This document shows positions 10,407 to 22,031 of a stretch of DNA of 64,000 nucleotides, piece after piece. The stretch is from Chlamydiales bacterium (GTDB lineage Bacteria; Chlamydiota; Chlamydiia; Chlamydiales; JAAZZY01): positions 416,001-480,000 of the forward strand of contig CBDBKM010000010.1 in the NCBI GenBank assembly GCA_965206695.1, written 5' to 3'. A program made the position numbers and the translations under genes. Every line of letters begins with the position of its first letter. Position 1 is the first letter of the stretch. The notes under the pieces were generated by a model. It was not told the origin of the DNA, made no database searches, and was given only the letters and a program-made list of their open reading frames with translations.

Positions 10407-11525
10407 TATACACATAATTTCTGAAGAGTTGAAAATATATGTTAACTTTTTCTATACTACCGGACATGAAATATTTTTTTAGATCCAACAGAACGCGAAC
10501 GGCTTTTACAACAGCATAAGTACGAGAGAGACAAGAGGATTTGTGATCGTATTAAAGCTGTATTGTTATATGATGAAGGTTGGAGTTATAAAAAAATAGC
10601 ACACGCTTTGTTTATTACTCATGAAGCAGTACGTCAACATACATTAGACTATGAAGCAGATAGGAAGTTGGTCCCTGAAAACGGAGGTTCTTCAAGTAAA
10701 CTTAATCCGGTCTGTCGTGATATGCTGATTCATCATCTAAAAGAAAATATCTATACCTCTGCAAGAGAGATAGCCTCTCTTGTACAAAATCTATTTGAAA
10801 TAAAATACACCCCTGCCGGTATGACAGCGTGGTTAAAATCTAATGGTTTCTCTTATAAAAAACCAATGCTTGTTCCCGGAAAAGCTGACCCTTTATCTCA
10901 AGAACAATGGTTAGAATATTATCGTAAATTAAAAGCCGGTTTGTCGCATACTGAAGCTATTTATTTTATGGATGGAGTACATCCGACACATAATACAAAA
11001 CCTTCTCATGGTTGGATAAAAACGGGTATGTACCGGGCTCTTAAAACAAATAGTGCTCGTCGAAGGCTTCATATCTCAGGTGCTATTGATATTGAATCGA
11101 AGTGCCTTATATCTCAAGAAGATCAAACACTCAATGCAGATTCAACAATTTGTTTTTTAAAAAAGTTAGAACATGCTTATCCCGAAAAAAAGGCTCTCTA
11201 TCTCTTTTGTGATAATGCCGGATATTATCGTAATAGAAAAGTGCAAGATTTTTTAAAAACTTCAAAAATTTCCATGCAGTTTCTTCCTCCTTATAGTCCT
11301 AATCTTAATCCTATTGAACGCTTATGGAAGTTGATGAATGAACAGATCCTCAATAATCGATATTACGAGAAATTCGGTGATTTTAAAGATAGGATTTTGG
11401 GATTTTTAAAAAAACTCGCAAATCCACTAAACAGCTATTCAGATCTTTTAAAAAGGCGTATTACTGATAACTTTAGAGTTATAAAACCACCCCCATTTGT
11501 CAATTCTTCAGCTTAAATGGGTATA
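10407..11525 (+). mobile_element. IS630-family element (second type, single ORF; N-terminal frameshift in a T-run near 10475)
   Basis: Imperfect IRs TATACACATAATTTCTGAAGAGTTG / CAATTCTTCAGCTTAAATGGGTATA; FMDG, DNAGYY, LPPYSPNLNPIERLW motifs; likely true ATG at 10466. Confidence 0.88.
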
Positions 11526-11731
11526 TCGTTATTATCTATATCAGAAGTGATGAACCTCTCAATATCTTGAATGAGGCTCTCTCTTTGATCTTCAGGGATA
11601 AGGGCGATAGCGTCAACGATTGTACCTTGATCATATCCGTTCATCTCGTGGGTGAAGAGGTGCCGGGCTGTGAAAGATGTTGTATTTTGATAGGCAGTGA
11701 ATTGTGATAATATATTGTTAAAAATGAACAT
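11526..11731 (-). pseudogene. Hypothetical gene truncated by IS630
   Basis: ORF 11513-11731 ends inside the IS630 IR. Confidence 0.35.
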
Positions 11732-11763
11732 GCAAATAAACCTTATTTATTTTGTCTTTTCAC

Positions 11764-12845
11764 GCCCTTTCAACAATGAAGTGCAACACTTGATGCTTCC
11801 TTACTGAGACGTTAAACACCTCCTCCGGAGTTGAAAAGTCTAACATTTTTCGGGGTCTATTGTTAAGCAACTTCTCGATCTTTTTTAAATTACCTGCTGA
11901 GACTTCATCAAACCGTTTATTTTTAGGGAGATATTGTCGAACTAGTTCATTCGTATGCTCGTTCAGCCCTCTCTCCCGGGAATGATAGGGGGTAGCAAAG
12001 TAAAAACTTATCTCAAGTGATTGACTCATTTGTTCATGGTAAGCAAATTCTTTCCCGTTGTCAGCAGTTAATGTCATGACAAATTTTTGGACCGGTATTA
12101 ACCTATTTACCGGCGCATCCTTTACTTCCTCAGCGGTTTTACGCGAGACCTTTTCCGGTTTTGTTAGCTTTGAGACTCTTTCGACCATTGAGACAATGAC
12201 TCCGCTCCCTTCCGTTCCTATGATTGTATCTAGCTCTCAATCGCCTAAACGAGTTTTCTTCTCTACGATATCAGGTCTTTCAGAAATATCTATCCGTCCG
12301 GGAATACATCCTCGTCCGGCCCTATTTTTACCCCGCTTGTTATATTTCTTTCCACTATGTCTAAGGTGTTTATACAACAGGCTCCTCTTTTCTTGTCCTC
12401 CCAAACATATTTATAGATTGTCTCATGACTTACAGCTTCTTGATACCGTTTCTTCTTCAGCCATCCTGATATTTGATCGGGGGCTCCACTGCAGGCTTAA
12501 CTTCTCTTCGATAACGGCAATCATTGCACTACCCATCTTTGGGTTTTGGAGCCTCGTCTCTTTAAAGCCTTCTCTTGAACCTGTTGATACCGATATCCGC
12601 GATTTCGTTTTAGTTCGCGATAAACAGTAGATTGATCCACTTTTAACTCATTGGAAACTAGGGTGATAGGATCTCCTCTTCTTATTCAAGGTGTACAATT
12701 GGCATCTCTTGTCTTTCTTTAAGTGACGGTAGCCGTTTGGCATCTTTCCTCCTTGGTTTTCTTACGTTTACCATAGGAAGTTTTTTTACCATCTTCAGAC
12801 AAGTTTAATTTGCATCGGTTTGTTGCACTTCGATGTTGAAAGGGC
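11764..12845 (-). mobile_element. IS30-family element, degenerate
   Basis: IRs GCCCTTTCAACAATGAAGTGCAAC (11764) / GTTGCACTTCGATGTTGAAAGGGC (ending 12845); TLTADNGKEF and ERGLNEHTN motifs in broken frames. Confidence 0.88.
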
Positions 12846-13894
12846 GCTCTATAGGTGTTTTAAAATTCAAACTTTTTCCGGGTCTTTCATTAAGCAGTTT
12901 TTCTATCTCTTTTACATCCTCTTGTGTCACATTATTAAAGTTTGTTTTCTTAGGCAAATACTGTCTAACTAACCCATTCGTATGTTCATTCAACCCTCTT
13001 TCCCGGGAATGATAGGGTTTAGCAAAATAAAACTCTGCTTTGAGTGTTGAACTTACTTCTTGATGCCGAGAAAACTCTAAACCATTATCTGCTGTTAATG
13101 TGTGAACTCTATCCTTAACAGGCTTTAAACAGGTAATTAAAGCATCGGCAACACCGAGGGCTTGTTTAGACTTTACCTTCATAAGCATCGTATATTTAGA
13201 AGCACGATCAACAATAGAAACAATCACTCCTTGATGATTTTTGCCTATTATCGTATCTAATTCAAAATCTCCTATTCTTGTTTTTTCATCGACAATACAA
13301 GGTCTTTTATCAATATCGACTCTATTGGGAATACAGCCTCGGCCTGCTTTATCTGAACCTCGCTTTTTATACTTCTTACCTTTGTGTCTTAAATTTTTAT
13401 ATAAATTGCCCCAATTTCGTTTATCTTTCCAAATATGACGATAAATACTTTCGTGGCTGATAAGCAGGCCTTCTTCTTCTTTCAATCGACCGGATATTTG
13501 AACAGGACTCCATTGAAGCAGTAATTTACTTTCTATCTTCATAAGTAGTTCAGGGGTCATTTTCTTTGTTTTACTGCTCGCTTTTGAACGCCTTCTTTTA
13601 GTTTTGATTTGTGCTGCAAAATAGATATATCTGCCTTCATAGCTATTTCTTTTTAACTCTCGATAAACAGTAGTTTTATTAACATTTAATTCCTGCGAAA
13701 TAGAATCAACAGAATCTCCTCTTTTTTTTAAAGTACATATTTGGCACCTTTGTTCGTAGGTTAAATGCCGGTAGCCTTTAGGCATAAAAAATCCCTCCAT
13801 AGTTTTTTTTTGCAAAAATTTACTATAGAGATTTTGCCGGCATTTGGCCATTTTCAAATTCTTCCTATTTGTTGCACTTCAATGTTGAAAGGGC
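12846..13894 (-). mobile_element. IS30-family element with near full-length transposase, 3' end replaced by the adjacent IS30
   Basis: ORF 12805-13857 with GDFELDTI, TADNGLEF, ERGLNEHTNGLVRQY; IR at 13871-13894. Confidence 0.9.
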
Positions 13895-14160
13895 GGGTCT
13901 CTATATAATGAAAATTTAAAATTAAATTACTATATAGTAGATTGGGGGACATAAGATTTTTTAGCTAAAATTTTTTGAGATATGCCTAAATATTGGCGTA
14001 CCAATCGTATTAGTATGCTGATAGAGATGCCTTGCTGCCGTTTATTTAAATCACCACATTAAGGCAAATATTTCATGTAAAAGAAATTTTTCTGAATTTT
14101 TTCATAGTTATCGAGAATGGGTTTCAATTTTTCTGATAGCATTATAACGATTTTATATTT

Positions 14161-14209
14161 ATGACAATCAAGCGAGAAAATCCTTTGCTTTAGCATTGGG
14201 AGCTGTCAA
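14161..14209 (+). mobile_element. Minimal IS605-type left-end/right-end hybrid (single hairpin)
   Basis: 5' part matches the reverse complement of 8524-8565; 3' part TTGGGAGCTGTCAA matches the tnpB right ends. Confidence 0.65.
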
Positions 14210-14236
14210 GAAATGAATTTTTAGAAATGGTATAAT

Positions 14237-15391
14237 TTAGCGCATACCCATTAAAAGCTCAAAAAGGAGCTGGTCTAACTGCTCATATGCAAAGCATCGA
14301 GAGGCCAGCTCTTTTCTATTGAAGTCTTTTTCTTTCAAGTCCTTAGCTTTTTGTGGGCTGTACGGTGATAAAGGGTCCCAAGATGGGATGTTTTTTAGTA
14401 GCTCTTGAATTTTTTTATCCTCTTTAAATAGACGTGCTTTTTCCTTAAGAACCAGATAAGAACGAATACATCCTTTAGCAAAGTCTTTCACCCCTTCAGC
14501 ATCTTCTGTTCTGTAAGCATGGGCATCGAAATGTCTTGAGCCTGAGTAGCCGCATTCTTCAAGAAATTTAACAACAAAAAAACTTTGTTTGTAATTATGT
14601 GAAGAAAAGCGAAAGTCTTGATCAAAACGTGCAAAATTTTGGTCGTTGAGATCAATATGAAACAATTTGTTCATTTCCCATGCTTGGGAAATGGCATGTA
14701 AGAAATTCAACCCGGACATATGTTCATGAGCCATTTCAGGATTCACTCCAACCATTTCCGGGTTTTCTAGAGTGGAGATAAGCGCTAGCATGCTGCCGGT
14801 CGTCGGTAAATAAATATCTCCTCGTGGTTCATTGGGTTTGGCTTCTAAAGCAAATTTAAGATTATATTCCCGGTCGTTGACATATTCGCAGAGAAAATTT
14901 AAAGCATCTCGTATACGTTGAAAGGATTCTTGAGGTTTTTTTGCAATATCGGTTTCAACCCCTTCTCTTCCTCCCCACATAACAAAGGTCTCAGCGCCCA
15001 GTTCTACTCCTAAATCTATAGCACGCATCGTTTTTTGAAGAGCATAGGCTCTGACGTTTGGGTCATTAGAAGTAAAAGCGCCATCTCTAAAACATGGATC
15101 GGTAAATAAATTAACAGTTGCCATAGGCACGATGAGACCTGTTTCATTTAATGCCTTTTTAAAACCTTGAACAATTTTATCTCTTTCGCTTTGAGAAGCA
15201 TCGATAGGGACTAGATCATTATCATGAAAGTTAACGCCATAAGCCCCGGTTTCGGCTAATAGGTGTACAATTTCTACAGAGGATATGGGAGATCGTACTT
15301 CTAAACCAAATGGATCTCTTCCCGGATTCGCTATTGTCCAAAGTCCAAAAGTAAATTTATGCTGTGGTAATGGCTTTAATGGGTCGCTCAT
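14237..15391 (-). CDS. xylA: Xylose (glucose) isomerase, short class I type
   Basis: FTFGLWT, GRDPFG, FHDNDL, WGGREG, EAKPNEPRGD, NPEMAHE, KLFHIDLNDQ, FDQD, HFDAH. Confidence 0.95.
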   Translation of the reverse strand: MSDPLKPLPQHKFTFGLWTIANPGRDPFGLEVRSPISSVEIVHLLAETGAYGVNFHDNDLVPIDASQSERDKIVQGFKKALNETGLIVPMATVNLFTDPCFRDGAFTSNDPNVRAYALQKTMRAIDLGVELGAETFVMWGGREGVETDIAKKPQESFQRIRDALNFLCEYVNDREYNLKFALEAKPNEPRGDIYLPTTGSMLALISTLENPEMVGVNPEMAHEHMSGLNFLHAISQAWEMNKLFHIDLNDQNFARFDQDFRFSSHNYKQSFFVVKFLEECGYSGSRHFDAHAYRTEDAEGVKDFAKGCIRSYLVLKEKARLFKEDKKIQELLKNIPSWDPLSPYSPQKAKDLKEKDFNRKELASRCFAYEQLDQLLFELLMGMR

Positions 15392-15478
15392 ATTTTGATC
15401 CTTGTAAATTGTTGGATATTTTGATAATGATAAATATCATTGTTGAAATAACGCAGTCAATAAAAAAGGAGAAACTAT

Positions 15479-16827
15479 TTGTCTAAATCTGATACAGGAC
15501 ATAATGTCCGTTACATATATGCGAGTGCTATTTTTGCTGCATTAGGCGGCTTGCTATTTGGATATGATACAGGGGTCATTTCAGGAGCTATTCTGTATAT
15601 TAGAGAAGATTTTCAATTAACTAACGTAGAAGTTGAAATGGTTGTCAGCGCTGTCTTATTGGGGGCCGTGATAGGAGCCTTTTTTGCCGGTAAATCGGCT
15701 GATTTTTTTGGCCGGAAATTAATGATCTTATTAGCCAGTATTTTATTTGTATTAGGGGCATTAGAAATGTCTTGGGCCACCGGAATGTATTGGGTTGATT
15801 TTTGGCCGTTTTGTCGTTGGATTCGCTATTGGTATGGCATCAATGACAGTACCTTTATACATAGCTGAGATTGCTCCGCCAAAAACTCGGGGAGCGTGTG
15901 TTTCTTTAAATCAATTAGCGGTAGCTATAGGTATTTTTGTTTCCTATTTAGTTAATTTTGGTTTTTCCGGTACCGGTGGATGGAGGTGGATGTTAGGTCT
16001 TGCTGCCATACCGGGTGTTATTCTTTTTATTGCCATGTTAATACTTCCTGAAACACCAAGATGGTTATTAAGTCGCAATCGGAAAGAAGATGCTATAAAG
16101 GTTTTAAAGCGCATTCATGATCCTTCTGTGATTGATAAACAAATACAAGAAATTGAAGATAGCCTTAGCATTCAGGAAGGAGGAATGAAAGAGTTGTTAA
16201 GACCGGGGGTGCGTAAAGCTCTATGGATTGGTCTGGGTCTTGCTGTTTTTCAACAGATTACAGGGATTAATACGGTATTATATTACGCTCCGACTATTTT
16301 AAAGATGTCGCTCTTTCACACCGATAAAGCAGCCTTAATTGCTACTATGGGCGGAGGCGCTGTTTTTGTTATCATGACTGTTGTTTGCGGTCTTGATCGT
16401 TGATAGGATAGGCAGGAGAAGGTGTCTTTTAATAGGCGTACTTGTTATGTCATTGGCTCTTATTATACTTGGCATAGCTATTCAGCAAGATATGCAGCCT
16501 ATATGGAAAGCTGTTTTGATAGTGGGTTCTCTATTTTTATACATCGGAGCCTTTTCAATTAGTTTAGGTCCTATCTTCTGGTTAATCATTGCTGAGATAT
16601 ATCCTCTAAAGGTAAGAGGGATTGCTATGAGCGTTGCTACCATGGCCAATTGGGCAGCCAATTTCCTTGTGGCGTTAACGTTTTTATCTCTTGCTTCAAG
16701 CATGGGTTTGTCTGAAACCTTTTGGCTATATGCAGCTATTGGTATAGTTTGTTATCTATTTGTTTACTTCTATGTTCCGGAGACCAAGGGAGAAACATTA
16801 GAGCAAATAGAAAAAAGATGGTTATAA
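15479..16827 (+). CDS. Sugar porter MFS transporter, split by two +1 frameshifts (about 15793 and 16385)
   Basis: GGLLFGYDTGVISGA, PLYIAEIAP, PETPRWL, QQITGIN, PETKG spread over three consecutive ORFs. Confidence 0.85.
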
Positions 16828-16932
16828 GGAAATGAGCTGTATGGGTCAAAAAGCTAAAAGTGATGATATTACCTGGCCTTTTGAAGGTTTTGCCTATTTT
16901 GTATCCAAGCCCTCGCTTTGGCCATTACCGAT

Positions 16933-17871
16933 TATAGTATTTTAATTTTTATTTGATAATATGTTATCCTTCTTTTTTTATACAAACAGTAAGGACAAAA
17001 CAATGCCTAGAGCCTATTCAGTAGATCTTCGAGAGAAAGTATTACAACATATAGAAAAACATCATGATAAAAAAACAGCCGGCCATATTTTTCAAGTAGG
17101 TATCGCAACAATATATCGATGGATCTTGCAAAAAAAGCAAAAAGGACATTTAAAGCCAATCCGCAGAAAATATGCTTATAAGAAATTAGATGATGAGTTG
17201 TTATCTAAATATGTAGAAAAACATCCGGATTATTTTTTATCGGAAATTGCTGATTATTTTTCAGTCACTCCGCAAACGATTTTTTATGCCCTTAAAAGAT
17301 TAAAAATTACACGAAAAAAAAAACTACTCGCTATAAGGAAAGAGATGAAAAGAAACGGGAAGCTTTTATGAAAGATTTAAAAAATATTCCCTTTGACAAG
17401 AGAATTTATCTCGATGAAACCGGGATTCATCAATTTTTATTTCGTGAGTCCGGAAGAAGCTTACGCGGCAAAAGAGTTTTTGGAGCGGTTTCAGGAAACC
17501 GCTTTATAAGGCAAAATATTATTTCAGCCCTATCTAAAGGGCAGTTTTTATCTCCAATGTGTTTTGAAGGTACTTGTAATACCGGGTTATTCAATATTTG
17601 GCTTAAGGAAGTTTTGACTCCTCAGCTTACACCCGGTAGTGTTCTTATTCTTAACAATGCCGGTTTTCACAAGTCAGCGGAAAGCAGGAAAACAGTAGAA
17701 TCTGCCGGTTGTAAGCTTATGTTTCTTCCTCCATATTCTCCGGACTTAAATCCTATAGAAAAATATTGGGCTAATATGAAAAATAAAGTTAGAGAGATAT
17801 TACGAAAAGTTACGAATTTTAAATTCGCCATTGATCAAGCAATCTTATCAATATAAAATTAAATGACTATA
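16933..17871 (+). mobile_element. IS630-family element, copy 1 (orfA/orfB with A-run frameshift; second catalytic Asp changed to Asn)
   Basis: IRs TAGTATTTTAATTTT / AAAATTAAATGACTA bounded by TA; YLDETG, LNNAGFH, PPYSPDLNPIE. Confidence 0.95.
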
Positions 17872-18391
17872 AAGAGCGATGTTGAATATGACGTTATTTT
17901 AATCGATGCAACAGAAACGCGTATTGAAAGGCCAAAAAAAAACAGAAGTATTTTTACTCAGAAAAAAAGAAAAAATATACGCTAAAAACTTGGGTTGTTG
18001 TGAACAAGAAGACGCAACAAGTAATCTGTACGGCATTCTCGAATGGCAAGCTACATGATTTCAGATTATTCAAAGAGTCAAAAATACAAATCCATCCGGA
18101 AATAAATGTGTTGACTGATACCGGATATCAAGGTCTACAAGATATTCACTCTAAGACCCAAATGCCAAAGAAAAAAAGTAAAAAGAAGCCATTGACTAAA
18201 GAGGATAAGAAACGCAATCGACAGCTTTCCAAAGAACGAGTTCTCAATGAACATGTCATTGCCCGTTTAAAGCGATTCAAGATTATAACTGATCGTTACG
18301 GAAATAGGCGTAAAAGGTTTGCTCTTCGTTTTAATCTAATTGCCGGCATTTACAATTTGGAGGTGGCACAATGAGTTTCGAAAGAAGTCTA
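17872..18391 (+). mobile_element. IS5-family (ISL2 group) 3' half
   Basis: Near-identical to the reverse complement of 2862-3381; ends in IR AGTTTCGAAAGAAGTCTA. Confidence 0.92.
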
Positions 18392-18770
18392 TTGAATAAA
18401 TCTTAAATACCTGATTAAATTGGGAAATTCACGGTAATAATATTGGTGAATATAAGAATAAAAATGTTTGAAAGTTTTAAAGTTAGATTGCTGAAACATA
18501 ACTGTAATAGTCATCATTTCCGAAACTGACAATAAAGGTGCGGGTCCTCGTCTATTTTGTTTATTTTCAATAAGGTGTTTCACCCAATTTTTTTCGAAAA
18601 CTTTCCAAAAATCATCGATAGAGCAATATAGAGCAGTTAAATCTTTCATTTTTAGACCTTTTGTTAGTGTTTATCTTTTTGTCAAAATATTCTACAAAAA
18701 CAAAAGGTCTTTTGGCATTAAAAAATTTCTAACTTTATGAAATACTAAGGATTAAACCCAAAACTTAGGT
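18392..18770 (-). mobile_element. IS982-family 5' remnant
   Basis: MKDLTALYCSIDDF...LSVSEMMTI...FKHFY...FPNL, truncated by the IS5 element. Confidence 0.8.
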
Positions 18771-18818
18771 TGTTAATATATTTTGTATACTATCCCTATC
18801 TTTTAGATCTACTTTGGA

Positions 18819-18924
18819 ACAGTCGGTAAGTTAAGCCTTTGGAGATTATGTTAGACTAACTCTTTTGTTAGCCGTGGTCTGTGAATGAGAAATCCCTTCC
18901 CTTTAAGGGGTTGGGAGCTGTCAA
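18819..18924 (+). mobile_element. Solo IS605/tnpB right end (omega-RNA scaffold region)
   Basis: About 105 bp closely matching 8410-8512 and 20942-21045, ending in TCAA, with no tnpB ORF. Confidence 0.8.
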
Positions 18925-18952
18925 AGAGGTAAAGAGTCTCAGATTAAGGGGA

Positions 18953-20299
18953 TTAATTCCAAAATTCTTCGATTTCTTCTAAAGATTTGCATTTAGTTTC
19001 CGGAATACGTTTAACGATGAACCATAGTCCGAATATGCCGATGAGGGCGTAGATCCAGAAAGTTCCGGTCTTACCTGCGGAATAAATGAGATCCAGGAAG
19101 GTAAGCGTGATAATGAAATTTACGGCCCAATTGACACAGACCACAATACCCATAGCCTTTCCTCGTATTTTCAGAGGATAGATCTCGGAATTGATTAACC
19201 AACCATTAACACCTAAACTAATGGCAAACGAACCGATGAATACCATTAGACTAATAAGGGATACCCAGCCCATTATTGCAGATTCTCCCATAAGGAGAAA
19301 GCCTAAGCCAAGAATAATAAGGCTAATGATAATACCACTCAGACCTAAGATTAAAAGAGGCTTTCTTCCCATTTTATCGATAAGCCAAAGAGCAACAATG
19401 GTCATAGCGACATTAACAATCCCTACCCAAACAGAGGCATAAATAGCTGCTTTAGTAGAGGTAAAAGCTGCCATTTTAAAAATTGTGGGAGCATAATAGA
19501 GAACACTATTAATACCTGTTGCTTGTTGTATAATAGTTAAACCCAAACCGGCAATTAGAGCAGGCCTTATTTTTCTGGAAATAAGCTCTGACCATTTGGA
19601 TGAATCTTCTTGCAGTCTCCTATCAATATGTTCTGTTTCCAGACGTGCATCATCAGAATTAGCTCTAAATCTCGTTAATATTTTTAACGCTTTATCTCGT
19701 CGTCCTTTACTAATCAACCAACGGGGGCTCTCAGGAAAGAACAGCATAATAATGAATTGAAGGGTCGCAGGGATAGCAGCAATAAAAAACATCGTTCTCC
19801 ATGCCAGGGTATTGGCTAGAATAAATCCTGCTACAAAAGCTAATAATATTCCGATTGTAATAAATAATTGGTTGATACTGACCAAAGCACCTCGGTGAGG
19901 AAATGGGGCCAGCTCGGCAATATACAAAGGGGCGGTAGCAGAAGAAGCGCCAATAGCAACACCGACAATTAATCTACCGATAATTAACCAATTAACATTA
20001 GGAGACCATGCAAGCATACAAGAGCTTAAGATAAAAAGAATACTGGATGCTAAAACAATCGTTTTACGTCCAAATCTATCAGATAAAGGGCCTGCTATAA
20101 GAGCACCGATTATTGCTCCGAATGAAATGATAGCGATAATAAGCTGTTCTTGGAAGATGGTTAGATAAAACTCTTTTTTGATGAAGAGTATCGCACCCGC
20201 AATAACTCCGGTGTCATAACCGAAAAGAAGGCCACCGATAGCGGCGGTACAACAAATCACAATTAAAGAAAACCGTTTTTTAAAAGATTCTAAAGGCAT
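18953..20299 (-). CDS. Sugar porter MFS transporter
   Basis: GGLLFGYDTGVIAGA, DRFGRK, PESPRWL, QQATGIN, PETK; about 12 TM segments. Confidence 0.93.
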   Translation of the reverse strand: MPLESFKKRFSLIVICCTAAIGGLLFGYDTGVIAGAILFIKKEFYLTIFQEQLIIAIISFGAIIGALIAGPLSDRFGRKTIVLASSILFILSSCMLAWSPNVNWLIIGRLIVGVAIGASSATAPLYIAELAPFPHRGALVSINQLFITIGILLAFVAGFILANTLAWRTMFFIAAIPATLQFIIMLFFPESPRWLISKGRRDKALKILTRFRANSDDARLETEHIDRRLQEDSSKWSELISRKIRPALIAGLGLTIIQQATGINSVLYYAPTIFKMAAFTSTKAAIYASVWVGIVNVAMTIVALWLIDKMGRKPLLILGLSGIIISLIILGLGFLLMGESAIMGWVSLISLMVFIGSFAISLGVNGWLINSEIYPLKIRGKAMGIVVCVNWAVNFIITLTFLDLIYSAGKTGTFWIYALIGIFGLWFIVKRIPETKCKSLEEIEEFWN

Positions 20300-20389
20300 A
20301 AAAATATAAGTTTAAGTATTGATATTCGCATCCTTGTTTAAAGTAGTATTTGTAGTCAATTTTTTTATACAATATGTGAAATAAATATG

Positions 20390-20630
20390 ATAAGGGTAGT
20401 GATGGCAAAACAAAGAATGCTCATTATCCGGAAATGCTTAAACCGATTCAAAATCAAGGTGTTAATCCCCAAGTGGTTGTTATGGATGCATGGTATTTCG
20501 GTTTAAAAAATTGAAAGTCTACCGGAGATATTGGGTTAAATTCTGTCACCGGTTTGCGTAACAATAGAAAAGTTAATCGAAATGTAAGTTTGGAAGATTT
20601 GGATATTCCGTATGAAGGACTAAGCATTCG
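20390..20630 (+). mobile_element. IS701-family internal fragment
   Basis: Matches the reverse complement of about 41420-41665 (VVVMDAWY, GLRNNRKVNRN). Confidence 0.75.
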
Positions 20631-21045
20631 CGTCAATCTAAAACCAAACGATCATAATTGAAGGGTTATGTATAAAAAGCATGTTAAAAGATAGAAAATA
20701 TGCTAAATATATATGCGACGAAGGATGGAGCCGGTTTTTAACTTTTTTAAAATATAAAAGCGAGTGGTACGGAAGAAATATAGTAGAATTAGATCACTGT
20801 TTTCCCGGTACACAAAAGTTTTCTGCATGCAGTCATAAACAAGGGAAAATATCCCCCGACATAAGAACTTGGGAGTACTCAAATTGTAAAATTAAGCATG
20901 ACAGAGATTTTAATGCATCATATAATATATATACCGAAAGAGCAGTCGGTAATTTAAGCCTTTGGAGATTATGTTAGACTACCTCTTTTGTTATCTGTGG
21001 TCTGTGAATGAGGAATTCCTTCCCTTTAGGGTTGGGAGCTGTCAA
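20631..21045 (+). mobile_element. tnpB: IS200/IS605 tnpB 3' remnant with right end
   Basis: Near-identical to about 8108-8512; ends GGGAGCTGTCAA 14 nt before manA. Confidence 0.85.
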
Positions 21046-21059
21046 AAAATTGAGGTTAT

Positions 21060-22031
21060 ATGAAGCTTTATCCATTACTTATTAAACCGGTATACAAGGA
21101 TTATATTTGGGGAGGTAGTCGAATTATTGAAACCTATCATCGCCCCATGCCTCCGGGCATTTATGCAGAATCATGGGAAATTTCAGATAGAGAAGATGGA
21201 ATGAGTTTGATCAGTAATGGTTTGTATAAAGGAAAAAGTCTACATGAGTTAGTCGTTAGCTTTAAAGATGAACTGATGGGAAGAAAGTTGACCGGGTTCC
21301 CTCTTCTTATAAAAATTATCGATGCTAAGCAAAACCTTAGTGTTCAGGTTCATCCTGACGATGAAAAAGCCAAACTTCTGGGGTCGGAAGCAAAAACAGA
21401 GATGTGGGTTGTGTTAGATGCAGAACCAAATGCTGCTGTTTATGTAGGGTGTAAGCCTGAAATAACTCCTTTGGAGTTTAAACATGCAATCGGCAATAAT
21501 ACTGTTGAAAAAGTGATTAACAAAATAGAAGTTCAGGTAGGAGATGTCATTTATATTCCGGGAGGGATGATACATGCTATTGGTAGCGGATGTCTTTTAT
21601 ATGAAGTGCAGCAAAATTCGAATACAACCTATCGAATTTATGATTGGAATAGAGTCGGAAAAGATGGAAGGCCAAGACCGCTTCATTTAAAAGAAGCGTT
21701 TGAAGTCATCAAATGGGAAAGTGATAAAGACAAACTATTTAAGAAGGGTAAAACCATTGAAGAAAATGACAATGGTTTGAGAATATTAATGCTGAATTGC
21801 CCATACTTTAATATAGAACGTTTAGAAATTCGAGGTTTGTGGCTAATAAAAAAGAATACGAAAGATCCTATCATTTTTTTTATACAAGAAGGAGAAGTAG
21901 AGATCACTGTTGATGAGGGACGTGAAGTAGTATATAAAGGAATGAGTTGCTTGATTCCTGCCGCATGTCACTCTATTCGCCTAAACCCTAAAACTGAGCG
22001 GGTTACAATTTTAAAAACATGTATTCCTTAA
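21060..22031 (+). CDS. manA: Mannose-6-phosphate isomerase, type I (cupin)
   Basis: IWGG, AESWEIS, FPLLIK, LSVQVHP, KTEMW, HAIG, EVQQNSNTTYR. Confidence 0.92.
   Translation: MKLYPLLIKPVYKDYIWGGSRIIETYHRPMPPGIYAESWEISDREDGMSLISNGLYKGKSLHELVVSFKDELMGRKLTGFPLLIKIIDAKQNLSVQVHPDDEKAKLLGSEAKTEMWVVLDAEPNAAVYVGCKPEITPLEFKHAIGNNTVEKVINKIEVQVGDVIYIPGGMIHAIGSGCLLYEVQQNSNTTYRIYDWNRVGKDGRPRPLHLKEAFEVIKWESDKDKLFKKGKTIEENDNGLRILMLNCPYFNIERLEIRGLWLIKKNTKDPIIFFIQEGEVEITVDEGREVVYKGMSCLIPAACHSIRLNPKTERVTILKTCIP

Noticed and set aside
12058..12630. 190-aa plus-strand ORF
   Set aside because: Antisense shadow of the IS30 transposase
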